Origin: Candidatus Sericytochromatia bacterium
Lineage (GTDB): Bacteria; Cyanobacteriota; Sericytochromatia; S15B-MN24; UBA4093
DNA length: 64,000 nt
Assembly: GCA_036676985.1 (NCBI GenBank)
Contig: JAKFBU010000044.1
Coordinates: 1-64,000, forward strand
Direction: 5' to 3'
Below, in pieces: positions 9,930-20,284 of the stretch. The position numbers were made by a program, and so were the translations under genes. The notes under the pieces were generated by a model, which did no database searches, was not told the origin of the DNA, and was given only the letters and a program-made list of their open reading frames with translations. Within the stretch, counting starts at the first letter, position 1. Each line of letters starts with the position of its first letter.

Positions 9930-10706
9930 TCACGGAGAGCATGACGGAAGCCGGGGCGGCTCCGACGGGGCATGCTGCATGGTCGCCCGGGCGAGCACCG
10001 CCCCACGGACCCGGCAGGCGCCCGCCGCTCTGACAGCCCGGGCCATGGCCCAGAGGGTCGCGCCCGAAGTGAGAATGTCGTCCACGACGATCACCGAGCG
10101 TCCCGCCAGGCGGTCCGCGCGGGCATGAAAGGCCGACTGGGCGTCGAGCCAGCGCTCCGTGCGGCCTTGCTGGTAGAAGGGCTGCGATCGCCCCAGCCGC
10201 CGCACGGCACGGCCGTCATAGCCATGGCCGAGCTGGCGGGCGAGTTGCCAGGCCAGGGGCTCGACCTGGTTGTAGCCCCGCTCGGCCCGCCGGGTGCCAT
10301 GGATGGGGACCGGGACGACGAGCCAGGGGCCGTCCTCGAGAGGTGCCAGGAGCTTTGCGAGCTCTGAGCCCAGAACCAGGCCGATGTCCGCCCGGCCCCG
10401 GTACTTCATGGCCCGGATGGCCTGCCGCAGGCTGCCCGTGTACTGTCCGAGTGCGGTGACGGCCTCGATGGGCACCTCCTGCTGCGTGCACAGGGGACAT
10501 GCCCCCTTGCGATCGAGGCTGCCGAGGCAGCGGGGGCAGCGGCGCCGGGGGAGGCGCGGAAGGGCCGCGAGGCAGGCGGGGCAGAGGGGATCCCCCTCCG
10601 GGCTTCCGCAGTGCAGGCAGTCGCAATCGACGAGCAGCCTCAGGCCCCGCTGGAGGGCGAGATGCCCCCAGGCGGGCGGCAGTAGGGGGCGGCGCGGGTG
10701 GGGCAT
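9930..10706 (-). CDS. ComF family phosphoribosyltransferase with double zinc ribbon
   Basis: CxxC pairs; RGYNQ; VVDDILTSGAT. Confidence 0.88.
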   Translation of the reverse strand: MPHPRRPLLPPAWGHLALQRGLRLLVDCDCLHCGSPEGDPLCPACLAALPRLPRRRCPRCLGSLDRKGACPLCTQQEVPIEAVTALGQYTGSLRQAIRAMKYRGRADIGLVLGSELAKLLAPLEDGPWLVVPVPIHGTRRAERGYNQVEPLAWQLARQLGHGYDGRAVRRLGRSQPFYQQGRTERWLDAQSAFHARADRLAGRSVIVVDDILTSGATLWAMARAVRAAGACRVRGAVLARATMQHAPSEPPRLPSCSP

Positions 10707-10748
10707 GGTCCCTCCGGAACGGACCATGATGTAATAACTTTTAACTGA

Positions 10749-11243
10749 TTATTGAGTCAATCGCCGGCCGCGCAGGAGCCAGAGGAGCAGCAGAGCGGTC
10801 GCGGCTCCCGTCGCGTCGATGGCCACGTCGGTGATCGCCGGGCCACGGTTGGCCACGAAGCCCTGGTGGAACTCGTCCGAGGCCGCATACAGGGTAGCAG
10901 CCGTCCAGGCGCCGATCAGGCGCATGGGGTGCCGGGGCAAGGCCCAGGCCCACAAGAGCGCGAGGATCGCATACTCGGTGAAGTGCGCCGACTTGCGGAA
11001 GAGCAGGTGCGCCAGGTCCAGCTGCGCAGGCGTGGGCTCGATCCCCAGGAGCTGGATCACGGCGGCGACGATTGCGCTAGAATGACTCCCCGACGACGAA
11101 TCGGAAGACGCCAGGAAGATGACCGCCATCCAGGCGCACAGGTAGATCCAGCGGGCGGTCGGGGAGACGAGCCGGGATCGGATGGCGACCGGGACCGGAT
11201 GTAGCACGCGCAGCCCTTTCAAGACGAGCCATTGCTCACTCAT
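10749..11243 (-). CDS. VanZ family membrane protein
   Basis: RKSAHFTEY and YAASDEFHQGFV motifs. Confidence 0.88.
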   Translation of the reverse strand: MSEQWLVLKGLRVLHPVPVAIRSRLVSPTARWIYLCAWMAVIFLASSDSSSGSHSSAIVAAVIQLLGIEPTPAQLDLAHLLFRKSAHFTEYAILALLWAWALPRHPMRLIGAWTAATLYAASDEFHQGFVANRGPAITDVAIDATGAATALLLLWLLRGRRLTQ

Positions 11244-11342
11244 GCCGGGTTACGAAGCCCCGGCATGCGGGCATGAGGGAGTCTAACGCCAGGGCTATTA
11301 GCTTACGGAAAGGGGGAAGGCGCCGCAAGGCGCCGAGCCACC

Positions 11343-12386
11343 ATGATCATCGTGATGAAGAGCGACGCCTCGGCGGAGCAGATCCAGCATGTCATCGATC
11401 GGCTGAGCACCCTGGGCTTCAAGACCCACCTCTCCCAGGGCGTGGAGCGGACGATCATCGGGGCGGTGGGCGACAAGCGCGCCATCACCGCGGACAGCCT
11501 CATGCTCATCGACGGGGTGAGCGAGGTCATTCCCATCCGCAAGCCCTACAAGATGGTGAGCCGCGAGGCGCACCCCGAGGACACGGTCATCCAGGTCGGG
11601 AACGTCGAGATCGGCGGACACGAGAAGCTCGTCGTGATGGCGGGCCCCTGCTGCGTGGAGAGCCGCGAGCAGCTCATGGCGACGGCCGAGGCCGTCAAGC
11701 AGGCCGGGGCGACCATCCTGCGGGGCGGGGCCTTCAAGCCGCGCACCAGTCCCTACTCCTTCCAGGGGCTGGGCGAGGAGGGCCTCAAGATCCTCGCCGA
11801 GGCCCGCGCGCGCTTCGACATGCCCGTCATCACCGAGGTGATGGACACCGAGGACGTGGAGCTGTGCGCGGAGTACGCGGACATCCTCCAGATCGGCGCG
11901 CGCAACATGCAGAACTTCTCCCTGCTGCGCAAGGTCGGCCGGACCAACCGGCCCATCATGCTCAAGCGGGGCCTCTCCGCCACCATCGAGGAGTTCCTCA
12001 TGTCGGCGGAGTACATCCTCAGCGAGGGCAACAGCCAGGTGATCCTGTGCGAGCGGGGCATCCGCTCGGTGGAGACGACGCACACCCGCAACACCCTCGA
12101 CATCTCGGTGGTGCCGGTGATCAAGCGTCTGAGCCACCTGCCCATCATCGTCGATCCGTCGCATGGCACGGGCCACTGGTACCTCGTTCCTCCCATGGCC
12201 AAGGCGGGCCTGGTGGCGGGTGCCGACGGCCTGATGATGGAGGTCCACCCCCAGCCGGAGGAGGCCCTTTCGGATGGTCCGCAGGCGCTCCTGCCCAAGA
12301 CCTTCGCCAAGCTCATGCAGGAGCTGCAGGCCATGAAGGATGTCCTGCACCGTTACAACCCCGTCGAGAGGCCTCTCGGAGTCTAG
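11343..12386 (+). CDS. aroF: DAHP synthase, class I-beta with N-terminal regulatory domain
   Basis: [27 protein letters not shown]. Confidence 0.95.
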   Translation: MIIVMKSDASAEQIQHVIDRLSTLGFKTHLSQGVERTIIGAVGDKRAITADSLMLIDGVSEVIPIRKPYKMVSREAHPEDTVIQVGNVEIGGHEKLVVMAGPCCVESREQLMATAEAVKQAGATILRGGAFKPRTSPYSFQGLGEEGLKILAEARARFDMPVITEVMDTEDVELCAEYADILQIGARNMQNFSLLRKVGRTNRPIMLKRGLSATIEEFLMSAEYILSEGNSQVILCERGIRSVETTHTRNTLDISVVPVIKRLSHLPIIVDPSHGTGHWYLVPPMAKAGLVAGADGLMMEVHPQPEEALSDGPQALLPKTFAKLMQELQAMKDVLHRYNPVERPLGV

Positions 12387-12531
12387 CGTGCCGCCAACCA
12401 CGGTTCGTTCTGGTCGCCAGAGGCCCGTTACGGGCGCCCGGAGGGGTTCCGGGTGGCCATGGGCCGCCTTGGCGGCTAGAATGAACCGTTCGGTTGGGAC
12501 TTCGAGCCTGGAAATTGTGAGGTACGCTTAG

Positions 12532-13368
12532 ATGGCGCGCATTTGTATCGTCGGTCTGGGGCTCATCGGGGGTTCCCTGTACGAGGCCCTCAAGGAGCAC
12601 CACGAGGTGGTGGGGGTCGACCTGGACCCGGCCACCCTCAAGCTCGCCAAGGAGCGGGGCATCGAGGCGACCAAGGACCTGGCGGCGGGCCTCAAGGGCG
12701 CGGATCTCGCCATCGTGGCCGTGCCCCTCGGCCGGATCCCCGACATGCTCCAGAAGATCGCCAAGGCCGCCGACGACAAGACCATCGTGACGGACGTGGG
12801 CTCGGTCAAGCGCATGGTCCTGCGCGCGGCGGAGACCTACTTCCCGGCGGGCCGCTTCGTCGGCGGACACCCCATGGCGGGCACCGAGCACCGGGGCCTC
12901 GTCAACGCGGTGCCCGACCTCTTCGAGGGCCGGAACTACGTGCTCACGCCCACCAATCCCGCCGAGGAAAAGCTCGCCGAGCAGGTGCGCGCGTACCTCG
13001 CGCCCCTCAAGACCAACTTCATCACCATGGACCCGGACGACCACGACCTGGCGGTCGCCTACACGAGCCACATGCCCTTCTTGATGGCGACCTCGGTGGC
13101 GCGCATCGCTCAGGGAGCCATGAAGGACGTGCCGGACCTGCCCAAGGTCGCCGCCTCGGGCTTCAGGGACACCACCCGGCTCGCCATGAGCAACCCCACC
13201 CTCGGGCGGGACATCTGCCTGGCGAACCGTGACGCGCTCTTGCATGCCATTGCGGCCATGCGCTACCAGCTGAGCCAGTTCGAGATCATGCTGCAGAACG
13301 AGATCTCCGTCGGACTGGAAGGCCTGTTCGAAGGAGTGGGCAAGTGGCGGGAAGAACTGAAACTCTAG
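12532..13368 (+). CDS. tyrA: Prephenate/arogenate dehydrogenase
   Basis: GLGLIGGS, DVGSVK, GGHPMAG, FRDTTR. Confidence 0.93.
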   Translation: MARICIVGLGLIGGSLYEALKEHHEVVGVDLDPATLKLAKERGIEATKDLAAGLKGADLAIVAVPLGRIPDMLQKIAKAADDKTIVTDVGSVKRMVLRAAETYFPAGRFVGGHPMAGTEHRGLVNAVPDLFEGRNYVLTPTNPAEEKLAEQVRAYLAPLKTNFITMDPDDHDLAVAYTSHMPFLMATSVARIAQGAMKDVPDLPKVAASGFRDTTRLAMSNPTLGRDICLANRDALLHAIAAMRYQLSQFEIMLQNEISVGLEGLFEGVGKWREELKL

Positions 13369-14663
13369 ATCTGGCGGGCGATCGCCGCGTCGTGACGCCG
13401 GGTGGCTCCCTGCGGGGCCGCGTGCGCATCCCGGGCGACAAGTCCGTGAGCCACCGGGCGGTCATGTTCGGCGCGATCGCCGACGGCACGACCCGGATCA
13501 CCCACTTTCTCCCCGGCGAGGACTGCCTGGGCACCATCCGGTGCTTCAGGGCCCTCGGCGTCCCCATCGAGGGCGACGGCTCCGAGTGGGTGGTCCAGGG
13601 CCAGGGCTTGTTCGGCCTCAAGGAGCCGTCCGAGGTCCTCGACGTCGGCAACTCCGGCACGACCCTGCGCCTGATGCTGGGCTTGCTGGCCGGCATGCCG
13701 GGCTTTGCCACCGTCACGGGCGACGCCTCGATCCGCCGGCGGCCCATGGGCCGGATCGTCCAGCCCCTGCGCCAGATGGGCGCCGAGATCTGGGGCCGCA
13801 AGGACGGGACCCTGGCGCCCCTGGCCATCAAGGGCGGCAAGCTCACGGCCATGGCCTACCAGAGCCCGGTGGCGAGCGCGCAGGTCAAGAGCGCGGTCCT
13901 GTTGGCCGGGCTCTATGCCGAGGGCACCACCAGCGTGACCGAGCCCGCCCTGTCCCGCGACCACACCGAGAAGCTGCTCGGGGCCATGGGCGCCCGGATC
14001 CGGCGCGACGGCCTCACGGTCTCCATCGAGGGCGGCAGCGCGCTTGCGGCCTGCGACGTGGCCGTGCCGGGCGACATCTCGAGCGCGGCCTTCTGGCTGG
14101 TGGCGGGGGCCATCGTGCCGGGCTCGGAGCTCGTGCTCGAGCACGTGGGCGTCAACCCGACCCGGACCGGCGTGCTCGACGTCCTCAGCCGCATGGGCGC
14201 GGACGTCACGGGCACCGACGAGCGCGAGGCCGCGGGCGAGCCCGTGGCGGACCTCACGGTGCGGACCTCCGAGCTGGTGGGCACCACCCTCAAGGGCGAC
14301 CTCATCCCGCGCCTGGTCGACGAGATCCCCATCCTGGCGCTCGCGGCCTGCTGCGCCCACGGGCAGACGATCATCCGCGACGCCCAGGAGCTGCGGGTCA
14401 AGGAGTCGGACCGGCTGAGCGCGATCGCCACCGAGCTCGGCAAGCTCGGCGCCAAGATCCAGGAGCTGCCGGACGGCCTGGTCATCGAGGGGCCCACGCG
14501 CTGGCGCGGCGGCGAGACCCAGAGCAATGGCGATCACCGCATGGCCATGACGCTCGCCATCGCCGCCATGCTCACGCCGGATCCCGTCACCATCGACGGG
14601 GTCGCATGCACCGAAACCAGCTACCCGGGCTTCTGGAGCGCCCTCGAACGCCTGCGCGGCTAG
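13344..14663 (+). CDS. aroA: EPSP synthase
   Basis: PGDKSVSHR, GNSGT, ASAQVKS, RVKESDR, DHRMAM. Confidence 0.96.
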   Translation: MAGRTETLDLAGDRRVVTPGGSLRGRVRIPGDKSVSHRAVMFGAIADGTTRITHFLPGEDCLGTIRCFRALGVPIEGDGSEWVVQGQGLFGLKEPSEVLDVGNSGTTLRLMLGLLAGMPGFATVTGDASIRRRPMGRIVQPLRQMGAEIWGRKDGTLAPLAIKGGKLTAMAYQSPVASAQVKSAVLLAGLYAEGTTSVTEPALSRDHTEKLLGAMGARIRRDGLTVSIEGGSALAACDVAVPGDISSAAFWLVAGAIVPGSELVLEHVGVNPTRTGVLDVLSRMGADVTGTDEREAAGEPVADLTVRTSELVGTTLKGDLIPRLVDEIPILALAACCAHGQTIIRDAQELRVKESDRLSAIATELGKLGAKIQELPDGLVIEGPTRWRGGETQSNGDHRMAMTLAIAAMLTPDPVTIDGVACTETSYPGFWSALERLRG

Positions 14664-14834
14664 CGGGCATCCCCGGATCGATCTTCGCCCGGCCGCCATG
14701 ACAGCGGCCGGGCTTCCTTGCAACTTGCGGGTCCCGATGGTAGGATCCATGCGTTGGTGCCTTTGCGGGCAAACATCGGTTTCGGCCGCCATGCGCCGAC
14801 CAAAAATAAACCACGAAAGAGAGTAACAAGGTCA

Positions 14835-15929
14835 ATGAGGGAACTGGAAACCAACGCGCAAGAAGAGATGATGGAGATCGATTACGAAAGCACCTTCGTC
14901 GATTTCCAGCAGGGCGACATCGTCAAGGGGCGGGTCGTGCGCGTTTCGCCCGACGAGATCCTCGTCGATGTGGGCGGCAAGTCGGAAGGCGTCATTCCCA
15001 TCAAGGAGCTGTCGGCGGTGCCCGTCGGCAACGTCCGTGAGTTCATCCACGAGGGCGACGAGCTCGAGCTCTACGTCCTGCGCGAGGAGGACGAGGACGG
15101 CGTGCTGACCCTGTCGAAGCGCCGCGTGGACCAGGCCCGCGGCTGGGTCCAGGCCCTCGAGGACTACAACGAGGAGCGCGTCATCACCGCCAAGGTCACC
15201 GGCGTGGTCAAGGGCGGCGTGATCGTCGATGCCTACAAGCTCCGCGGCTTCGTGCCCGCGTCGCAGCTCCGCACCAAGGGCTCGCATGAGGAGCTCGTCG
15301 GCACCGAGCTGCCGCTGAAGATCATCGAAGTCGATCAGCGCCGCAACAAGCTCATCCTGTCGCACCGCCAGGCGGTCGCGGCCGAGAAGGGCAAGCTTCG
15401 CGCCGAAGTGCTCGCCAACCTCGAGGTCGGTCAGATCATCACCGGCAAGGTCGTTCGTATCGCCGACTTCGGCGCGTTCATCGACCTCGGCGGCATCGAT
15501 GGCCTCCTGCCCATCTCCGAGATCTCGTGGCAGCGCATCCAGCACCCCTCCAACGTCCTCAACATCGGCGACGAGCTCACCCTCAAGGTGCTCAAGGTCG
15601 ACCGCGAGGCCCACAAGATCTCCCTGTCGCTCAAGCAGCTGCAGGAGGATCCCTGGACGACCCTGTCGGATCGTTACCAGGAGGGTCAGACGATCCCCGG
15701 CAAGGTGACCAAGCTCGCCAGCTTCGGCGCCTTCGTCGAGATCGAGCCCGGCGTCGAGGCCCTGCTGCCCACCGCCGAGATGAGCGACAAGCAGGTCAAG
15801 CCCGAAGAGGTCGTGCACGTCGGTCAGGAGATCACCGCGCTGATCAAGCGCTTCCGCCCCGAGGAGAAGCGCATCTCGCTGTCGCTCCGCACCGGCGGCT
15901 CGGATGTCACCGAGGAGGAGAATGACTAA
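14835..15929 (+). CDS. rpsA: 30S ribosomal protein S1 (four S1 domains)
   Basis: S1 repeats including FGAFIDLGGIDGLL and FGAFVEIEPGVEALL. Confidence 0.9.
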   Translation: MRELETNAQEEMMEIDYESTFVDFQQGDIVKGRVVRVSPDEILVDVGGKSEGVIPIKELSAVPVGNVREFIHEGDELELYVLREEDEDGVLTLSKRRVDQARGWVQALEDYNEERVITAKVTGVVKGGVIVDAYKLRGFVPASQLRTKGSHEELVGTELPLKIIEVDQRRNKLILSHRQAVAAEKGKLRAEVLANLEVGQIITGKVVRIADFGAFIDLGGIDGLLPISEISWQRIQHPSNVLNIGDELTLKVLKVDREAHKISLSLKQLQEDPWTTLSDRYQEGQTIPGKVTKLASFGAFVEIEPGVEALLPTAEMSDKQVKPEEVVHVGQEITALIKRFRPEEKRISLSLRTGGSDVTEEEND

Positions 15930-17325
15930 GGGAGGGATCATCACGGAGGTCTTCCCTGGAAGTCTCGCCGATGCAGCCGGTCTGCAGCCGGGAGACATCC
16001 TCCGGACGATCAACGGCGTAACCCTCACTGACCTGATCGACTACCGCTACCAAGCGGCAGAAGAAGTGGTGGAGCTGTCCTTCGAACGCGAAGGGCAGCT
16101 TCACGCTGTTACGATCGAGAAGGACATCGACGACGATCTCGGCCTGTCGTTCCAGGACGCGGTCTTCGACTCGATCAGGGTCTGCGCCAACAACTGCACG
16201 TTCTGCTTCATCCACCAGCAGCCGGATGGCATGCGCGAGTCGCTCTACATCATGGACGACGACTATCGCCTGTCCTTCCTGCAGGGCAACTTCGTCACGC
16301 TCACCAACCTGCCGGAGCGCGAGTGGAAGCGAGTCGAGGCCCTGCGCCTCAGCCCGCTCTACGTGTCGGTGCACAGCACCAACCCCGAGCTCCGCGCGAG
16401 CATCCTGCGCCAGCCGCGCGGGCGGCTTTTGTTCGAGCAGCTGGATCGGCTCAAGGCGATCGGCATCCAGTTCCACGCCCAGATCGTGCTCATGCCGGGC
16501 GTCAACGACCGGGACGAGCTCGATCGCTCGATCCGCGAGCTGACGGAGCGCTACCTGCCCTACCTCTTGAGCATCAACATCGTGCCGGTGGCCCTCAACC
16601 GCTTCCGGGACGAGCTGGGGCTGACCAAGATCGACGCCCCCACGCCCGCGTGGTGCCGGGAGGTCATCGAGCAGGTCAAGCCCTGGCAGAAGTGGCTCAA
16701 GAAGGAGTGGGAGGATCCTATCGTCCAGCTCTCGGACGAGTTCTACGTGCTCGGCCAGGTGCCGGTGCCGGCGGCCAAGGCCTACGGCGACTTCACCAAC
16801 GTCCAGGACGGCGTGGGTGGGGCGGCCTTGCTCGGCTGGGAGTGGAAGAAGCTCGCCAAGAAGCTTCCGAAGCGCCTGGAGGTGCCGCAGGACGTCCAGA
16901 TCATCACGGGCAAGGCGGCGGTCCACATCGTCAAGCCCCTGGTGGACGACCTGGCTCAGGTCGAGGGCCTGCATGCGGAGCTCGTCGACACGCCGAGCCG
17001 GTTCTGGGGGGATCTCATCACCGTGACGGGTCTCCTCACGGGCCGGGACCTCATCGAGGAGCCGCGCCTCAAGGAGGGCAAGGGCGAGATCTGGCTGCCG
17101 GACATCACGCTGAAGGCCGGCACCGAGATCTTCCTGGACGACCTGGAGATCGCGGACGTGGAGGAGGCCCTGGGCCGCAAGGTCCGGATCATGCCGACCA
17201 CCGCGCAGGGGCTCTACGACATGGTCGCCGGCACCGAGGAGGCGTCCCGCGAGGACACCCGCGCCCGGTTCGGCAACTACGAGCCCTCCTTCGACCTCCA
17301 GATCGCCAAACGGCGGCGCGCCTAG
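15922..17325 (+). CDS. PDZ-containing radical-SAM-like Fe-S protein (DUF512/TIGR03279 type)
   Basis: CANNCTFCF, DDDYRLSFLQGNFVTLTN, TVTGLLTG. Confidence 0.9.
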   Translation: MTKGGIITEVFPGSLADAAGLQPGDILRTINGVTLTDLIDYRYQAAEEVVELSFEREGQLHAVTIEKDIDDDLGLSFQDAVFDSIRVCANNCTFCFIHQQPDGMRESLYIMDDDYRLSFLQGNFVTLTNLPEREWKRVEALRLSPLYVSVHSTNPELRASILRQPRGRLLFEQLDRLKAIGIQFHAQIVLMPGVNDRDELDRSIRELTERYLPYLLSINIVPVALNRFRDELGLTKIDAPTPAWCREVIEQVKPWQKWLKKEWEDPIVQLSDEFYVLGQVPVPAAKAYGDFTNVQDGVGGAALLGWEWKKLAKKLPKRLEVPQDVQIITGKAAVHIVKPLVDDLAQVEGLHAELVDTPSRFWGDLITVTGLLTGRDLIEEPRLKEGKGEIWLPDITLKAGTEIFLDDLEIADVEEALGRKVRIMPTTAQGLYDMVAGTEEASREDTRARFGNYEPSFDLQIAKRRRA

Positions 17326-17346
17326 CCGGCAAGCACGGACAACCAG

Positions 17347-17375
17347 GCCCCCTCCCGCCCGGGAGGGGGCTTTTT
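17347..17375 (+). terminator. Rho-independent terminator
   Basis: gccccctccc-gccc-gggagggggc followed by ttttt. Confidence 0.8.
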
Positions 17376-17422
17376 CGGGTCCCGTGGTGGGTATAAAGGG
17401 GCCACTAGGAAGAGAGGCTGCA

Positions 17423-18418
17423 GTGAGTTCAACCCATACCGACTCCTTGCCGATCGCCCGGACGGCGGAGGCCCACGAGGCCCTGCGCGTCGAGGGCGTG
17501 ACCAAGGTGTACCCCCGGCGCTTCGGCCGGGCCGAGGTGGTGGCCGTCAAGGACGTGTCCTTCACGCTCGGAAAAGGAGAGATCCTCGCGCTCTTGGGCC
17601 CCAACGGCGCGGGCAAGACGACCACCATCAAGATGATCGCGGGGCTGTTGCGCCCCACCGGCGGCCGGATCCGCATCGGCGGCATCGACGTGGCCCAGGA
17701 GCGCTCCCTGGCCGTCCAGCGGCTGGGAGCCGTGCTAGAGGGCAACCGGAACCTGCACTGGAAGCTGACCGTCGGGGAGAACCTCGAGTACTTCGGGGCG
17801 CTCAAAGGGGTCTCGAACCTCAAGGGTCGCTCCGAGGCCCTGATCCAGCAGCTGGACCTGGGAGACCACCGCAAGAAGCGGGTCGGCGAGCTGTCGCGCG
17901 GCCTGCAGCAGCGGGTGGCGATCGCCATTGCCCTCATCAACGATCCGCACGTGCTCCTGCTCGACGAGCCGACCCTCGGCCTCGACGTGGTGGCGGCAAC
18001 GACCTTTCAGCAGACGGTGCGGGCGATCGCCCAGTCCGGCTGCGGCATCGTGCTCACGACCCACCAGATGGAGGTGGCGCAGGCCCTCTCGCAGCGGGTG
18101 GCCATCGTGACGGGCGGCCGCCTCGCGAGCCTCGACTCGCTGGACCAGCTCCTCTCGGCGCACCGCACGCCGGGCTACGAGGTCCGGGTGCGCGGCACGC
18201 TCGCGGCCTCCGCGCGGTCGGCGCTCTCGGCGCTCGGCGCCCATGATTTCGCCGAGGAGGGGGCCGCGTCGCGCTTCCTGTTGCCCGAGGGAACCCCTGA
18301 GCTGCTGTACCAGGCGCTCGAGCCGCTGCGAGCAGCGGGACTCGAGCTCGTGGGGATCCAGCAGCAGGAGGTGGACCTGGAAGAGGTCTACCGGCGCGTG
18401 GTGGGGGGTGTGGCATGA
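17423..18418 (+). CDS. ABC-2 exporter ATP-binding subunit
   Basis: GPNGAGKTT, LSRG, LLLDEPT. Confidence 0.92.
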   Translation: MSSTHTDSLPIARTAEAHEALRVEGVTKVYPRRFGRAEVVAVKDVSFTLGKGEILALLGPNGAGKTTTIKMIAGLLRPTGGRIRIGGIDVAQERSLAVQRLGAVLEGNRNLHWKLTVGENLEYFGALKGVSNLKGRSEALIQQLDLGDHRKKRVGELSRGLQQRVAIAIALINDPHVLLLDEPTLGLDVVAATTFQQTVRAIAQSGCGIVLTTHQMEVAQALSQRVAIVTGGRLASLDSLDQLLSAHRTPGYEVRVRGTLAASARSALSALGAHDFAEEGAASRFLLPEGTPELLYQALEPLRAAGLELVGIQQQEVDLEEVYRRVVGGVA

Positions 18419-19221
18419 ACGTAGCGACCTTGTTCTGGGCGGAAATGAAGCGAGAGTTCATCCTCTTGTTCCGCTACCCCTTCGAGCTCGTGAGCCGGCT
18501 GGTCTGGAACCTCGGCTTCGCGCTCATGATCTACTTCGGCTTCGGGGCCATCGGCGGGGCGCAGGCCTCCTCGCTGCCGGGCTTCGAGGAGGGCCAGGTG
18601 GGGCGTCTGTTGGGCCTGCTCATCACCTACATCGCCATCAACGGCCTGAACAACGCCGTCGAGCTCCTGGGTTCCGAGGTCCAGACGGGCACGCTGGAGC
18701 AGGCCGCCTTGAGCCCGCCGCCCCTGGTGCTCATCGTGCTGCTGCGGGACCTGGCATCGTACGTGGAGATGCTCGCGCGCTTCGCCCTGGTGCTCGTCAT
18801 CGCGAGCCTCATCACGGGCGTGCGCTTCACGATCGAGCCCTTTGGCTTCGCCTTGCTGGTGACGCTCATGTACCTCGGCACCGAGGGGCTGGGCCTCATC
18901 CTGGGCGGGGCGGCGCTGTTGTACAAGCGGGTGGCGACGCTCGCCCAGCTCGCCGTGATGATGATCTTCGGGCTTGCGATCCTGCCCCTGGAGAGCCTGC
19001 CGAGGTGGATGTCGGTGTTCGTGGACAACTTCCCGTTCACCAAGGCCCTGGTGCTGATCCGGGCGCATGCGGTGCACGGGGAGCCCTTGAGCAAGCTGGT
19101 GGCCGACGGGTCGCTCATGAGCCTCGCCGTGAACACGGTGGTGTTCCTGGGGCTCGGCATCGTGGGCTTCGCGCTCGCCGAGCGCAAGGCCCGCGACTGG
19201 GGCACGTTGAACCAGTACTAG
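18415..19221 (+). CDS. ABC-2 permease
   Basis: About 6 TM; GTLEQ motif; ATGA overlap with the ATPase gene. Confidence 0.88.
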   Translation: MNVATLFWAEMKREFILLFRYPFELVSRLVWNLGFALMIYFGFGAIGGAQASSLPGFEEGQVGRLLGLLITYIAINGLNNAVELLGSEVQTGTLEQAALSPPPLVLIVLLRDLASYVEMLARFALVLVIASLITGVRFTIEPFGFALLVTLMYLGTEGLGLILGGAALLYKRVATLAQLAVMMIFGLAILPLESLPRWMSVFVDNFPFTKALVLIRAHAVHGEPLSKLVADGSLMSLAVNTVVFLGLGIVGFALAERKARDWGTLNQY

Positions 19222-19255
19222 CCACAATTTGCCCCCCCTGCTAGGGGGGGCTTTG

Positions 19256-19303
19256 TTGTCCTTACCCCACCAATTTTCCCTTCTTTGTCCTTACCCCACC
19301 AAT
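19256..19303. repeat. 19-bp direct repeat, two copies, 29-bp period
   Basis: ttgtccttaccccaccaat at 19256 and 19285, next to a hairpin at 19231-19251. Confidence 0.85.
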
Positions 19304-19318
19304 GTTCTCCTGCTGCGA

Positions 19319-20134
19319 TTACGGCAGGCGCTCCAGCTCGAAGTCGTCGAAGTTCACCTCGTTGCCGATGGCCCTCAGGGCCACGTAGTGCGGGCGACTC
19401 GGATCGATCAGGTCCACCACCGCCTCGGCCTTGCGCTCCCCGTCGTACAACAGCGTGAACTTCCGCGCCTTCACGTCCACGATGGCCCCCACCCGCCGGA
19501 TGTCCCCCGGTCGGGTGCCCAGATTCTGCTCCCAAAGCTTCGTCCAGCCCGCCGAGCTGTCCGGCACGCCGCCGTCGCACACCCACAGCTGCAGCTGGTT
19601 GGGCGTCGTCACGACCTCCACGTAGTGGTTGGCATCCAGGTAGTAGGGCTGCACCCCCTGATCCCCGGTGGGCGGCAGGTTGTAGGGGCTCCGGATGGGC
19701 TGCTGCGTCACCTCCATCCGGTACTTGGCGGGCATCACGCCGTCTTCCTGGCCGGCGAACGTGCCCCGGTACCGCAAGAGCGCGATGGGCGGACGCTCCT
19801 GGACCTTGGCCTGCTTGAGCACCCGGCTCTTGAGCTGGGCCGTGTCCACGTCCGTGATCTCCCAGCCGCCGCTGTAGAGCCACGTCGGCACCGGCTGGCC
19901 CTTGGCCACCAGCTCGTCCCGGACGTCCACGAAGGGGGCGTCCGCCGCGAGCGCGCCGAGCGGCATCTGATCGAAGTTCTGCCGGTACTGGGCCGGGGGC
20001 GCGGGGGTCGGGCTCGGGGGAGCGGCCGTGGCCAGGGGCCCCCCGCCGCCTCCCGGCGGAGCGGCGGGCGTCGACACGCAGCCCGCCAAGAGTCCCAGGG
20101 AGACCATCCCCACTGCCCAGCCAAAATGTCGCAT
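19319..20134 (-). CDS. Lipoprotein, beta-rich (possibly lectin-like) domain
   Basis: Lipobox LLAGC; Pro-rich linker. Confidence 0.8.
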   Translation of the reverse strand: MRHFGWAVGMVSLGLLAGCVSTPAAPPGGGGGPLATAAPPSPTPAPPAQYRQNFDQMPLGALAADAPFVDVRDELVAKGQPVPTWLYSGGWEITDVDTAQLKSRVLKQAKVQERPPIALLRYRGTFAGQEDGVMPAKYRMEVTQQPIRSPYNLPPTGDQGVQPYYLDANHYVEVVTTPNQLQLWVCDGGVPDSSAGWTKLWEQNLGTRPGDIRRVGAIVDVKARKFTLLYDGERKAEAVVDLIDPSRPHYVALRAIGNEVNFDDFELERLP

Positions 20135-20284
20135 GCTCGCCTCCGCGCCTTCTTCCGAACGTGCCCTAACTTAAGGGGCGGAGGCAGGCCCCGGCTAGGC
20201 TGCGTTGAACACGCCTTCTCATTCAAAAGGTGGAGGCAAAAGCCCGAGGGGGCGCGCCTGCGCCCCCTCGGTGCCGGGTTGATA

